Assembly: GCA_017466495.1 (NCBI GenBank)
Contig: JAFTUB010000122.1
Span: 1-39,345, forward strand
Length of the DNA: 39,345 nt
Reading direction: 5' to 3'
Source of the DNA: Clostridia bacterium
Lineage (GTDB): Bacteria > Bacillota > Clostridia > Oscillospirales > CAG-272
The position numbers were made by a program, and so were the translations under genes. The notes under the pieces were generated by a model. The model made no database searches and was not told where the DNA came from. It was given only the letters and a program-made list of their open reading frames with translations. Position 1 is the stretch's first letter; each line of letters starts with the position of its first letter. This document shows, piece by piece, positions 17,081-25,187 of the stretch.

Positions 17081-19695
17081 ATGCAGGGACTGACAAGGGA
17101 GCAGGTCGAGGCGGCCCGGGCGGCGCATGGGGAGAACAGGCTGACACAGAAAAAACGCCGGGGCTTTTGGCGGCAGTTCGTGGGTAATCTGGGGGACCCC
17201 GTGATCCGTATTCTGCTCTGTGCCCTGGGGGTAAATCTGCTTTTTTTGTTGCTCGGGGGGGATTGGGTGGAAACAGTGGGGGTGGCGATATCGGTCTTCC
17301 TCGCGACGTTGATCTCCACCCTGTCGGAATACAGCAGCGAGGCGGCCTTTGCCCGGCTCAACGCTGAGGAGGCAAACCGTCGGTGCCGCGTCCTGCGGGC
17401 CGAGGGGCTGGTGGAGCTTCCCGCCGCTGAGCTGGTGGTGGGGGATACGGTGTGCATCGGTGCGGGGGAGGGCGTCCCTGCCGACGGACGGATCCTGCGG
17501 GGGAGACTTGGCGTGGATCAGTCGGCCATGACGGGGGAGAGCAGGGAAGTGGAGAAGCGGCCGGGACGCGCCGGGGACGGCTCCCCTGCGGATGGGACCA
17601 TGCTGTTCTCGGGGACGGTGGTGCTGACGGGAGAGGCCGAATTTGCCGTGACAGCGGTGGGGGACTCCACCGTGCTGGGTGGCATCTCCCGGGAGGTACA
17701 GGGGGACACCCGCACCTCGCCCCTTAAGCTGAGGCTGACCCGCCTGGCCGCCACCATCAGCCGAATCGGGTATGCTGCTGCGGCCCTGGTGGCGTTGGCC
17801 TATCTCTGCAACACCTTTCTCATGGACAGCGGGTTCCAATGGACGGTGATCCGTATGAAGCTGGCCGATCTGCCCTATCTTGGCTATCACCTGCTCCATG
17901 CCCTTACCCTGGCGCTGACGGTGATTGTCATGGCGGTGCCCGAGGGACTGCCCATGATGATCGCAGTGGTTCTGTCCGCCAACATCCGGCGGATGCTTCG
18001 GGGGCAGGTGCTGGTGCGCAAACCCATGGGCATTGAGGCGGCGGGGAGCATGAACCTGCTCTTTACCGACAAAACAGGTACCCTGACCGAGGGCAAGATG
18101 CGGGTGACTGCGCTGCTGACAGCGGAGGGGGAGAGCCGAAGTCTGCCCCGCGGGGCGGTGGGGGAGGCGGTTTCCCTCCATGCGGCCTGCAACTGTGATG
18201 CGGCCTGGGGGGCGCGGGAGCTGCTTGGGGGCAACGCCACCGACCGCACCCTGGGGCTGTTTGTGGGACGGCGCAGGCAGGCGCTTCTCCCCATCGGGGA
18301 GAAACTGCCCTTTGACAGTCGCCGCAAGTTCTCCGCCGCTACGGTGCGCCGGGGAGGGGAGCTTTGCACCTTGATCAAAGGTGCGCCCGATCTGCTTTTG
18401 CCCTATGTGCAGAGGGCGCTGAATCGGGATGGGCAAGCGGTGCCTTTTTTGGTCTCCGGTTTCGGTGCGGCACTTCGCGAGGCCGCTGCCGGGGGCGGGC
18501 GCCTTCTTCTTTTGGGTGAAGCGAAGGGGGACTGCATCGCTGCTCTGCGCAGGGGTGAGATCCCGCCCTTGACTCTCCACGGCGTACTGGTGCTTCGCGA
18601 TCGCCTTCGTCCCGAGGCACGGCGGGCGGTACAGGATCTGCAGGGTGCGGGAATCGGTGTGGTGATGATCACCGGGGACAGCCCCGAAACGGGGGAGGCC
18701 ATTGCCCGGGCCTGTGGGATCATCACGGGCGAGCGGCGTGAGGTGCTCACCGGGGCGGCGCTGGAGAGAATGTCCGATGAAGCGGTGGCGGCGATTCTGC
18801 CGCGGCTGGCGGTGGTGGCCCGCGCCATGCCGGGCCACAAGAGCCGCCTGGTGCGGGTGGCTCAGGAGCAGGATCTGGTGGTGGGCATGACGGGGGACGG
18901 CATCAACGATGCTCCCGCCCTTCGGCTGGCGGATGTGGGCTTTGCCCAGGGAAGCGGCACGCAGGTGGCCCGTGAGGCGGGGGACATCATCATTTTGGAT
19001 GACAATCTTGCCTCGGTGGCCCGGGCGGTGCTTTACGGTCGAAACATATTCAAGAGCATCCGTAAGTTCATTGTGCTCCAGCTGACCATGAATTTCAGCG
19101 CGGTGGGGGTGTCCATGATCTGTCCCTTCCTCGGCATTGATGCCCCGGTGACGGTGGTGCAGATGCTGTGGATCAATCTGATCATGGATACCCGGGAGGG
19201 CTTGCTTTTGCGGGGGAGGCCGCCGATCCGCGGCAGATGCGGGAGCCACCCAAGCGGCGGGATGAGCCCATCCTGTGTGGGTATATGGTCAATCAGATTG
19301 CCCTGCTGGGGGCCTTCACGGTGGGGATGTGCCTTGCCTTTCTGAAGCTGCCGGGGGTGGTGACACGTTTTCGGGAGGCGGAGGATGACATTTACCTGCT
19401 GACGGCCTTTTTTGCCCTGTTTATTTTTGCGGGGGTGTTCAACTGCTTCAATGCCCGCACCGATCGGCTGAATCTCTTTGCGGGGCTTGGAAAGAATCCT
19501 GCATTTATGGGCATTATGCTGGCGGTGGCGGTGATGCAGATTCTCTTCGTCTATCTCGGCGGAAGCGTACTGCGCACCGCCCCGTTGACAATAGAGGAAC
19601 TGACAGTTCCGCTGGTGGCGGCGGCAACGGTGATCCCTGCCGAGTTTCTGCGCAAGCTGCTCTGGCGCGCGTGGAAGGGGAAGCAGGGGTATTGA
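17081..19695 (+). pseudogene. P-type cation (Ca2+/PMCA-SERCA-like, P2) ATPase interrupted by a frame change near 19190-19196
   Basis: TGES (MTGESREV), phosphorylation site DKTGTLT, MITGD and GDGINDAP are all in frame 2. After VVQMLWINLIMDT the homology (GGLAFAGEAADP...TM9-10...) continues in the ORF 19168..19695, which lies in another frame. The junction lies in ACCCGGGAGGG. Confidence 0.85.
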
Positions 19696-19725
19696 GTGGG
19701 GGAAGACAGTCAAAAAGGGGCAAAT

Positions 19726-19750
19726 ATCCGCTTGGCTGTGCCAAGCGGAT
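19726..19750. terminator. Bidirectional terminator between the ATPase and the XRE/TPR gene
   Basis: atccgcttgg CTGTG ccaagcggat, with T-rich runs after the stem on both strands. Confidence 0.7.
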
Positions 19751-19756
19751 GTTTGC

Positions 19757-20902
19757 TTAAAGCAAGTTCGCTTTTGCGAGGATGACCTGGAAACGCTTGC
19801 TTCCCCGCAGAGGATCGAAAACGCTCCATTGGAGAGAGTTGGTGATCTGTTTTGCCGGGGGAACCGATGTGAGGTGGGCTGAGAAATCGATGCCATAAAA
19901 ATACGGCAGCTGACTGGTTTTGTGATGATGTTTCTCGGCGGAACGCTGTCCAAAGCAGACTAGTTTTTCCAGCCAATCCATGGCCTCTTCGGTGCGGCCC
20001 AGCTTTATGCAGATCGAGGCGCACCGATCATAGGACAGATTGAGGGATAGGTTGGGGTGATATGGTTCATCGGCGTTTTTGCTCTGGAGGATCCTTTCGA
20101 ACAGATCAATGCGGAGACGGTAACAGGTATAGGCTTCTTCCCACTTGCCTTGCTTCTCATATAAATATCCCAGCGCGGGTAAAATGGGCTCAATCTGGAT
20201 CAGTTTGGTGTACAGAGCGTTGATGTACTGCACTTTTGCATCCTCGGTGCGGCCCATGGCCTCATAGACTACGGCAAGCTGAAATCCGCTTTGATCAACC
20301 ACCTGTTTGGCATGTTCTTCAGCTTTGGCCAGGTCTCCTGCCATCCGATAAATGCTGACCAATCTGCGATGTGCCAGGTCGAGATATTCCATATCGCTGC
20401 AATGGTGCAAAATTACATTGGCTTGACGGATGCCCTCCTGCATCATGGCGTGCATTTCATCGCCTCTGCCCGTTTCTTCTCCTTGTATTGTTTCCCGGTG
20501 ATTTGCCCAAAGCAGACTCACGATGCTCCCCAGTGAGCAAGCGAGCAGCTTGTAGTTGTTGGGATATACAGCCAGTATTTTTTGCACATCTGCACAGCAT
20601 GCCCGGCAATGGGCGAGGTCGCTTATTCCTTCGGGCTTGCTGCACCGTTTTTGATGGTATTCCCGAAGGAAGGCCTCTGTTTGTTCGTCGTCTGCATCCC
20701 CTGCAATGCCAAACAGAACGTCGGTGGATATGCCGAACACATGGGCCAGGGGGACGATCTGTGCGATATCCGGAAGGCTGGCTTCGGTTTCCCAGCGGCT
20801 GACGGCCTGGCAGGTGACATTTAGCTGTTCCGCCAGCTCTTCCTGGGTGAGGTTTCGCTCTTTGCGCAGCCCGCGAATGATTTTTCCCATAGTTTCGTGC
20901 AT
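19757..20902 (-). CDS. XRE-family HTH transcriptional regulator with C-terminal TPR-like repeats (RRNPP-like architecture)
   Basis: N-terminal HTH_3 IRGLRKERNLTQEELAEQLNVTCQAVSRWE. About 300 aa helical repeat region with TPR-like A/Y/L spacing. AAAGGAGAA ribosome-binding site. GC visibly lower than neighbours. Confidence 0.8.
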   Translation of the reverse strand: MHETMGKIIRGLRKERNLTQEELAEQLNVTCQAVSRWETEASLPDIAQIVPLAHVFGISTDVLFGIAGDADDEQTEAFLREYHQKRCSKPEGISDLAHCRACCADVQKILAVYPNNYKLLACSLGSIVSLLWANHRETIQGEETGRGDEMHAMMQEGIRQANVILHHCSDMEYLDLAHRRLVSIYRMAGDLAKAEEHAKQVVDQSGFQLAVVYEAMGRTEDAKVQYINALYTKLIQIEPILPALGYLYEKQGKWEEAYTCYRLRIDLFERILQSKNADEPYHPNLSLNLSYDRCASICIKLGRTEEAMDWLEKLVCFGQRSAEKHHHKTSQLPYFYGIDFSAHLTSVPPAKQITNSLQWSVFDPLRGSKRFQVILAKANLL

Positions 20903-21023
20903 GATATTTCTCCTTTGGACAATTTGTTGATTTGCTTCCGCCGAATACAGTATAACAGAGAATTTCCCTTATGTACAGCGACGCGAACAGGAATCGGACT
21001 CAACGGAGACTTGAATTTTGGCC

Positions 21024-21060
21024 AAAAAAGAGGAAGAGACGGGAACCGTCTCTTCCTCTT
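21024..21060 (-). terminator. Intrinsic terminator after rplA
   Basis: Perfect 15-bp stem aagaggaagagacgg/ccgtctcttcctctt followed on the minus strand by TTTTTT. Confidence 0.85.
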
Positions 21061-21075
21061 TTATACCGGTCAAAA

Positions 21076-21771
21076 TTAGCCAAGCTTAGCCTGGTTGATC
21101 TTGATGCCGGGGCCCATGGTAGATGCAAGGACGCAGGACTTAATGTACTGACCCTTTGCAGCTGCGGGACGAGCCTTGATGATTGCGCCCATCAGAGTCT
21201 CAAAGTTCTCCTGGAGCTTCTCAGCGCCGAAGGAAGCCTTGCCGATGGGGCAGTGGATGATGTTGGTCTTGTCCAGACGGTACTCGATCTTACCGGCCTT
21301 AGCCTCGGTAACAGCGCGAGCAACATCGGGGGTAACGGTGCCTGCCTTGGGGTTAGGCATCAGGCCCTTAGGACCGAGAACCTTACCCAGACGGCCGATC
21401 ACGCCCATCATATCGGGGCTTGCGATAACCACGTCAAACTCGAACCAGTTCTCCTGCTGAATCTTGGCAACCATGTCCTCAGCACCAACGTAGTCGGCAC
21501 CTGCAGCCTTGGCAGCGTCAGCCTTGTCGCCCTTCGCGAAAACGAGGGTGCGGACGGTCTTACCGGTACCGTTCGGCAGAACGACGGCACCGCGGACCTG
21601 CTGGTCAGCGTGGCGGGAGTCAACGCCCAGACGGACGTGCAGCTCGATGGTCTCATCGAACTTTGCCTTAGAGGTCTGGCAAACCAGAGCCAGTGCCTCT
21701 GCGGGATCATACATCTTGTTCTTTTCAAGCAGCTTTACGCTGTCGGAATACTTCTTGCCCATTTTAGCCAT
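21076..21771 (-). CDS. rplA: 50S ribosomal protein L1
   Basis: MAKMGKKY...[24 protein letters not shown]...[13 protein letters not shown], canonical L1. AAGGAGGT ribosome-binding site. Confidence 0.97.
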   Translation of the reverse strand: MAKMGKKYSDSVKLLEKNKMYDPAEALALVCQTSKAKFDETIELHVRLGVDSRHADQQVRGAVVLPNGTGKTVRTLVFAKGDKADAAKAAGADYVGAEDMVAKIQQENWFEFDVVIASPDMMGVIGRLGKVLGPKGLMPNPKAGTVTPDVARAVTEAKAGKIEYRLDKTNIIHCPIGKASFGAEKLQENFETLMGAIIKARPAAAKGQYIKSCVLASTMGPGIKINQAKLG

Positions 21772-21785
21772 TGTTCTTTACCTCC

Positions 21786-22211
21786 TTAGTCCTCGACCAC
21801 AACACCCATGGAACGGGCGGTGCCGGCGATCATGCTCATAGCGGTCTCGACAGAGGCAGCATTGAGGTCGGGCATCTTGGTCTCAGCGATCTTCTTAACC
21901 TGCTCACGGGTGATGGTTGCAACCTTGGTCTTGTTCGGGGTAGCCGAACCGGACTCGATGCCTGCAGCCTTCTTGATCAGCACGGGAGCGGGAGGAGTCT
22001 TGGTGATAAAGGTGAAGGAACGGTCTGCGTAAACGGTGATGACAACGGGGATGATCAGACCGATGTCATTCTTGGTGCGCTCGTTGAATTCCTTGGTGAA
22101 GTTGGGGATTGCAACGCCGTACTGACCGAGTGCGGGACCAACGGGGGGCTGGGGAGTAGCCTTGCCTGCAGGAAGCTGCAGCTTGATATAACCAATAATC
22201 TTCTTTGCCAT
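21786..22211 (-). CDS. rplK: 50S ribosomal protein L11
   Basis: [33 protein letters not shown]...FITKTPPA, canonical L11. GGAGGTG ribosome-binding site. Confidence 0.97.
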   Translation of the reverse strand: MAKKIIGYIKLQLPAGKATPQPPVGPALGQYGVAIPNFTKEFNERTKNDIGLIIPVVITVYADRSFTFITKTPPAPVLIKKAAGIESGSATPNKTKVATITREQVKKIAETKMPDLNAASVETAMSMIAGTARSMGVVVED

Positions 22212-22247
22212 AATGAAATATTACACCTCCAAATGTGGTACCATATA

Positions 22248-22272
22248 CGGGAGAAATGAAGAATTTTTCTCC
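22248..22272 (-). promoter_or_regulatory. Hairpin in the nusG-rplK spacer (possible L11-operon leader structure)
   Basis: Minus strand GGGAGAAA-aattcttca-TTTCTCCC, an 8-bp perfect stem with no U-run, 36 nt upstream of the rplK ATG. The L1-autoregulation role is only inferred from position. Confidence 0.3.
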
Positions 22273-22290
22273 CTCCCACGAATGCGGACA

Positions 22291-22836
22291 TCAGAGCTCG
22301 TTGTCGGCCTGAATGTCCTTGGTTTCCAGACGGATGGGCATATCGCGGCGCTCGGTTTTGACCAGCACCGTGACTTCCTTTCTGTCGTCCGAGAATTCCT
22401 GAACGGTTCCGCGGTAACCCTCGAAGAGGCCCGCGCAGATTTTGACTTTGCTTCCAACGTCGAAGCTGACGTTGACGGTGCGCGTCTCCACAGCCAGTGC
22501 CTCAACCTCTTCTTCGGTGAGGGGGGTGGGACGTGAACCGGGTCCGACGAAGCCTGTGACGCCGCGGATGTTGCGGACGACGTGCCAGCTTTCATCGGTC
22601 ATGGTCATTTTGATGAGCACGTAAGAGGGGAAGATCTTCTCCTCGGTCTCACGCTCAACATCGCCGTCGCTTTCCACAACCAGCTCGGTGGGAATGCGGA
22701 CGTCGTAGATCAGATGGGAGAGGTTACGGTTCTCCACGATCTTCTCCAGGTTTGCCTTGACCTTATTCTCGTATCCCGAATAGGTGTGCGCCACATACCA
22801 ACGCGGGCCGAGGTTCATTTCATTGATATCACTCAT
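22291..22836 (-). CDS. nusG: Transcription termination/antitermination factor NusG
   Basis: RWYVAHTYSGYENKVKANLE N-terminal NGN domain, C-terminal KOW (GSKVKICAGLFEGYRGTVQEF), in the conserved secE-nusG-rplK context. Confidence 0.95.
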   Translation of the reverse strand: MSDINEMNLGPRWYVAHTYSGYENKVKANLEKIVENRNLSHLIYDVRIPTELVVESDGDVERETEEKIFPSYVLIKMTMTDESWHVVRNIRGVTGFVGPGSRPTPLTEEEVEALAVETRTVNVSFDVGSKVKICAGLFEGYRGTVQEFSDDRKEVTVLVKTERRDMPIRLETKDIQADNEL

Positions 22837-22855
22837 GATCTAACCGTAATTCCGA

Positions 22856-23137
22856 TCAGAACAAGCCGCCCAACAGGGAGATGGCCTGAGAGAAACCAAA
22901 GTCAAGCAGACCGATCAGTGCGCTGGTGAGCACAACGATAATCACAACCACGATGGTGTTGTTCTTAACCTGCTTCCAGGGGCACCAAACGATTTTCTTC
23001 AGCTCGCTCTTATAGTCGCGCCAAAACTTGACCAGGCGCTCAGAGAGCTTCACCTTATCCTTCTTTTTCTTCTCGGGCTTCTTTGCTGCGTCGTTCTTTT
23101 CGGGGGTAACTTCGGTGTTCTTTTCGATGTCTGCCAT
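22856..23137 (-). CDS. secE: Preprotein translocase subunit SecE
   Basis: Lys-rich N-terminus, then FWRDYKSELKKIVWCPWKQ and a single TM helix. Conserved position between rpmG and nusG. Confidence 0.9.
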   Translation of the reverse strand: MADIEKNTEVTPEKNDAAKKPEKKKKDKVKLSERLVKFWRDYKSELKKIVWCPWKQVKNNTIVVVIIVVLTSALIGLLDFGFSQAISLLGGLF

Positions 23138-23153
23138 GATTACCCTCCTGCCC

Positions 23154-23318
23154 TTACTTCGACTCTTTGTGAAGAGTGTGCTTGCGGCAGAACTTGCAGT
23201 ACTTGTTCATCTCAAGTCTGTCCGGATCGTTCTTCTTGTTCTTTTTGGTGTCATAGTTGCGCTGCTTGCACTCTGTGCAGACGAGCGTAATCTTGACGCG
23301 CTGTTCATTCTTCGCCAT
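23154..23318 (-). CDS. rpmG: 50S ribosomal protein L33 (not in the ORF track, under 60 aa)
   Basis: Hand translation of the minus strand gives [54 protein letters not shown], with the CxxC...CxxC L33 zinc knuckle and a GGAGGTG ribosome-binding site. Confidence 0.9.
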   Translation of the reverse strand: MAKNEQRVKITLVCTECKQRNYDTKKNKKNDPDRLEMNKYCKFCRKHTLHKESK

Positions 23319-23443
23319 GGATGTCGGCACCTCCGATTCATTGAATTTACCGCGTGTGCGGCGATTTAGTGTACCTCCCTCAGAAAAGGGACGTGCGGGC
23401 GCAAAATACGCACGAAAAAAAGCCCTCTTGCAGAGGTAGTACT

Positions 23444-23472
23444 ATTATAGCAGATACCCCTTGCTTTGTCAA
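23444..23472 (-). promoter_or_regulatory. Consensus sigma-70 promoter for rpmG-secE-nusG
   Basis: Minus strand TTGACA (23472-23467), 17 nt, TATAAT (23449-23444). Confidence 0.7.
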
Positions 23473-23505
23473 GGCTTTTTTTCTTTATTTTTCGGGATTT
23501 TGGGA

Positions 23506-24306
23506 TTATTTTTTTGCAGTTTGGCCGGCATTGGCACAGGGAAGACTGATCCGATCCACAGCGGTGACGCGGAAGCTGCTGTCCAGGGTGAAGAGTGCGC
23601 CGTGCAGAGCAAGGGGGCCGTCTGCAGGAAGAAAGCGCTGGGGCATATGGGTGCGGAATTTTCGGATGACGGCGGCCGCGTCGGTGCCGAGAATGCCGTC
23701 GGCGGGACCGCACATACCCAGGTCGGTGATGTAGCCGCTGCCCCGGGGCAGAATTCCCTCATCGGCGGTCTGTACATGGGTGTGGGTGCCGAAGATCACG
23801 GCAATCCGGCCGTCGAAGACACGGGCAAGGGCAAGCTTTTCGGCGGTAGCTTCGGCGTGGATATCCAGCATGGCAAAATCATAGCTGCCCGCATTGCGGT
23901 CGAGAATCTTCTCTACCGTGTCAAATGGGTCGGCCAGACTGTCCATGAAGACATTGCCCATGACGTTGATGGCCAGCATTCGCCAGCTTCCGGCGGGGAC
24001 GATGGCCCAGCCGCTGCCGGGTGCTGTGGGGGGATAATTGGCAGGGCGCAGAACACGGGATTCCTCCTCCAGCAGAGGAATGAGGTCGCGTTTACCCCAA
24101 ACGTGGTTGCCGGTGGTGAGCAGATCCACCCCCGCATCCAGCAGGCGGTTGGCCTGCGCGGAGGAAAGACCGTGAATGTCATCGGCGTTTTCGCCGTTGG
24201 CCACCACGCAGTCGGCACCGAGGCGGCTGCGGAGGGCCCACAGCTCCCGCTCCAGGTAGTCCACGGTGCGGGTGCCGACGATATCGCCCAGGGCAAGCAG
24301 TTTCAT
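23506..24306 (-). CDS. YmdB-like metallophosphoesterase (TIGR00282 family, 2',3'-cyclic-nucleotide phosphodiesterase-like)
   Basis: MKLLALGDIVG...VVANGENA...TTGNHVWGK...DIHAEATAEK...GTHTHVQTADE motifs. Start at 24306 follows AAGGAG. Confidence 0.85.
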   Translation of the reverse strand: MKLLALGDIVGTRTVDYLERELWALRSRLGADCVVANGENADDIHGLSSAQANRLLDAGVDLLTTGNHVWGKRDLIPLLEEESRVLRPANYPPTAPGSGWAIVPAGSWRMLAINVMGNVFMDSLADPFDTVEKILDRNAGSYDFAMLDIHAEATAEKLALARVFDGRIAVIFGTHTHVQTADEGILPRGSGYITDLGMCGPADGILGTDAAAVIRKFRTHMPQRFLPADGPLALHGALFTLDSSFRVTAVDRISLPCANAGQTAKK

Positions 24307-24468
24307 GAGGGAGATCTCCTTACGTTTGTTTTTTGCGCAGGTTGTTTGGGGCATAGGTGCGATAGGGGTTTTCCACCATTATAATCTATTGTACGGCCCT
24401 TGTCAATCGGCAGAAGGGAGAAGTTTTGGGGGATTGAAAATATTTTTTTGTTTTTTTGAAAAATCCTC

Positions 24469-24497
24469 TTGCTTTTTCCTGCAGGATATGGTATAAT
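24469..24497 (+). promoter_or_regulatory. Promoter of tRNA-Trp
   Basis: TTGCTT (24469-24474), 17 nt, TGgTATAAT (extended -10, TATAAT at 24492-24497), 15 nt upstream of the tRNA 5' end. Confidence 0.65.
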
Positions 24498-24512
24498 GCC
24501 TGTGTTGTAGAT

Positions 24513-24588
24513 AGGGGTATAGTTCAGTCGGTAGAACACCAGTCTCCAAAACTGGGTGTCGTGGGTTCAAATCCTCCTGCCCCTGCCA
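24513..24588 (+). tRNA. trnW: tRNA-Trp (anticodon CCA), CCA-encoded
   Basis: Cloverleaf by hand: acceptor AGGGGTA/TGCCCCT, D arm GTTC/GAAC, anticodon stem CCAGT/ACTGG with loop CTCCAAA, T loop TTCAAAT. The T stem GTGGG/CCTCC has one T-C mismatch. Close to Bacillus tRNA-Trp. Confidence 0.9.
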
Positions 24589-24590
24589 AG

Positions 24591-24624
24591 AAAAAAGCAG
24601 ATTGCGAAAGCAATCTGCTTTTTT
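24591..24624 (+). terminator. Intrinsic terminator after tRNA-Trp
   Basis: aaaaaagcagattgc GAAA gcaatctgctttttt, a GNRA-looped stem followed by T6. Confidence 0.85.
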
Positions 24625-24629
24625 CAACT

Positions 24630-24792
24630 AAATCCGCCGTTGGCGGAAGAAATCCACCTGCGGTGGATGAAATCGCTTCGCGATGAAATCCCGCTTCGCG
24701 GGGAGAGAGGACGGATTTAATTTCATCTGAAGCCGTAGGCTGAAGATTTCATCCGAGCTTGCTCGGATTTCATCGTGCGAAGCACGATTTCA
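24630..24792. repeat. Array of seven ATC...GAT-closed hairpins with GAA then TTC linkers (unclassified structured element)
   Basis: See the first finding. Stems: TCCGCC/GGCGGA, ATCCACC/GGTGGAT, ATCGC/GCGAT, CCCGC/GCGGG, ATCT-GA-AGCC/GGCT-GA-AGAT, ATCCGAGC/GCTCGGAT, ATCGTGC/GCACGAT. No credible ORF. Confidence 0.7.
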
Positions 24793-24821
24793 TTGAGTAT
24801 TTTGAGAATTTATGGTATAAT
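24793..24821 (+). promoter_or_regulatory. Promoter of the four-helix-bundle gene operon
   Basis: TTGAGT (24793-24798), 17 nt, TGgTATAAT (TATAAT at 24816-24821). Confidence 0.65.
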
Positions 24822-24841
24822 GAACGAAAGAGGTGATAACA

Positions 24842-25186
24842 ATGGCAGAAAACAAGCTTGCAGATTTGTCAACCGAATTTGCGGTGAAGATTTTGAATTT
24901 GACCGACGGTATCAAAGGACATTATTCTTTAGCCAATCAACTTGAACGCAGCGGCACAAGTATAGGTGCAAACATCAGAGAGGCAAAGTATGCTCACAGC
25001 AAAGCAGATTTCATTGCCAAACTGCAAATATCTCTCAAAGAGTGTTATGAAACAGAGTACTGGATCGAGATTGCGCAAAGGGCAAATATCATTTCGGAAG
25101 AAAACGAAAAAAGCGTTTTGCACGATTGCGGATCTATCCGCAGAATGTTGATTGCTTCGATCAACACGGCGAAGGAGAATTTGTAA
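24842..25186 (+). CDS. Four-helix-bundle protein (TIGR02436 / 23S rRNA intervening-sequence protein / Avd-like family)
   Basis: The pattern LANQLERSGTSIGANIREAKYAHSKADFIAKLQISLKECYETEYWIEI is the hallmark of this family. ATG at 24842 follows AAAGAGGTG. Confidence 0.8.
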   Translation: MAENKLADLSTEFAVKILNLTDGIKGHYSLANQLERSGTSIGANIREAKYAHSKADFIAKLQISLKECYETEYWIEIAQRANIISEENEKSVLHDCGSIRRMLIASINTAKENL

Positions 25187-25187
25187 T

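Noticed and set aside
19185-19200. Programmed -1 ribosomal frameshift in the ATPase.
   Set aside because: There is no X-XXY-YYZ heptamer in the zero frame (GAT ACC CGG) and no obvious downstream pseudoknot. An indel in the C3G3 run, or a sequencing error, is more parsimonious.
20897-21079. 60-aa plus-strand ORF upstream of the XRE/TPR gene as a candidate signalling propeptide.
   Set aside because: It has no ribosome-binding site and no signal-peptide-like N-terminus, and it runs through the rplA terminator hairpin.
23415-23436. Terminator-like CCTCT-GCA-AGAGG hairpin plus U7 just downstream of the rpmG promoter (possible attenuator).
   Set aside because: The stem is only 5 bp with a 3-nt loop. 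This is too weak to call. It may simply be A/T-rich spacer.
24456-24686. 76-aa ORF running through tRNA-Trp, its terminator and the first hairpins.
   Set aside because: It overlaps a well-formed tRNA and an intrinsic terminator. It has no ribosome-binding site. It is an artefact of the stop-poor structured sequence.
24630-24792. Possible CRISPR array or integron attC array.
   Set aside because: There is no constant direct repeat of 20 nt or more and there are no spacers. The units are 13-30 nt self-complementary hairpins with different sequences. There are no cas or intI genes and no GTTRRRY core sites.
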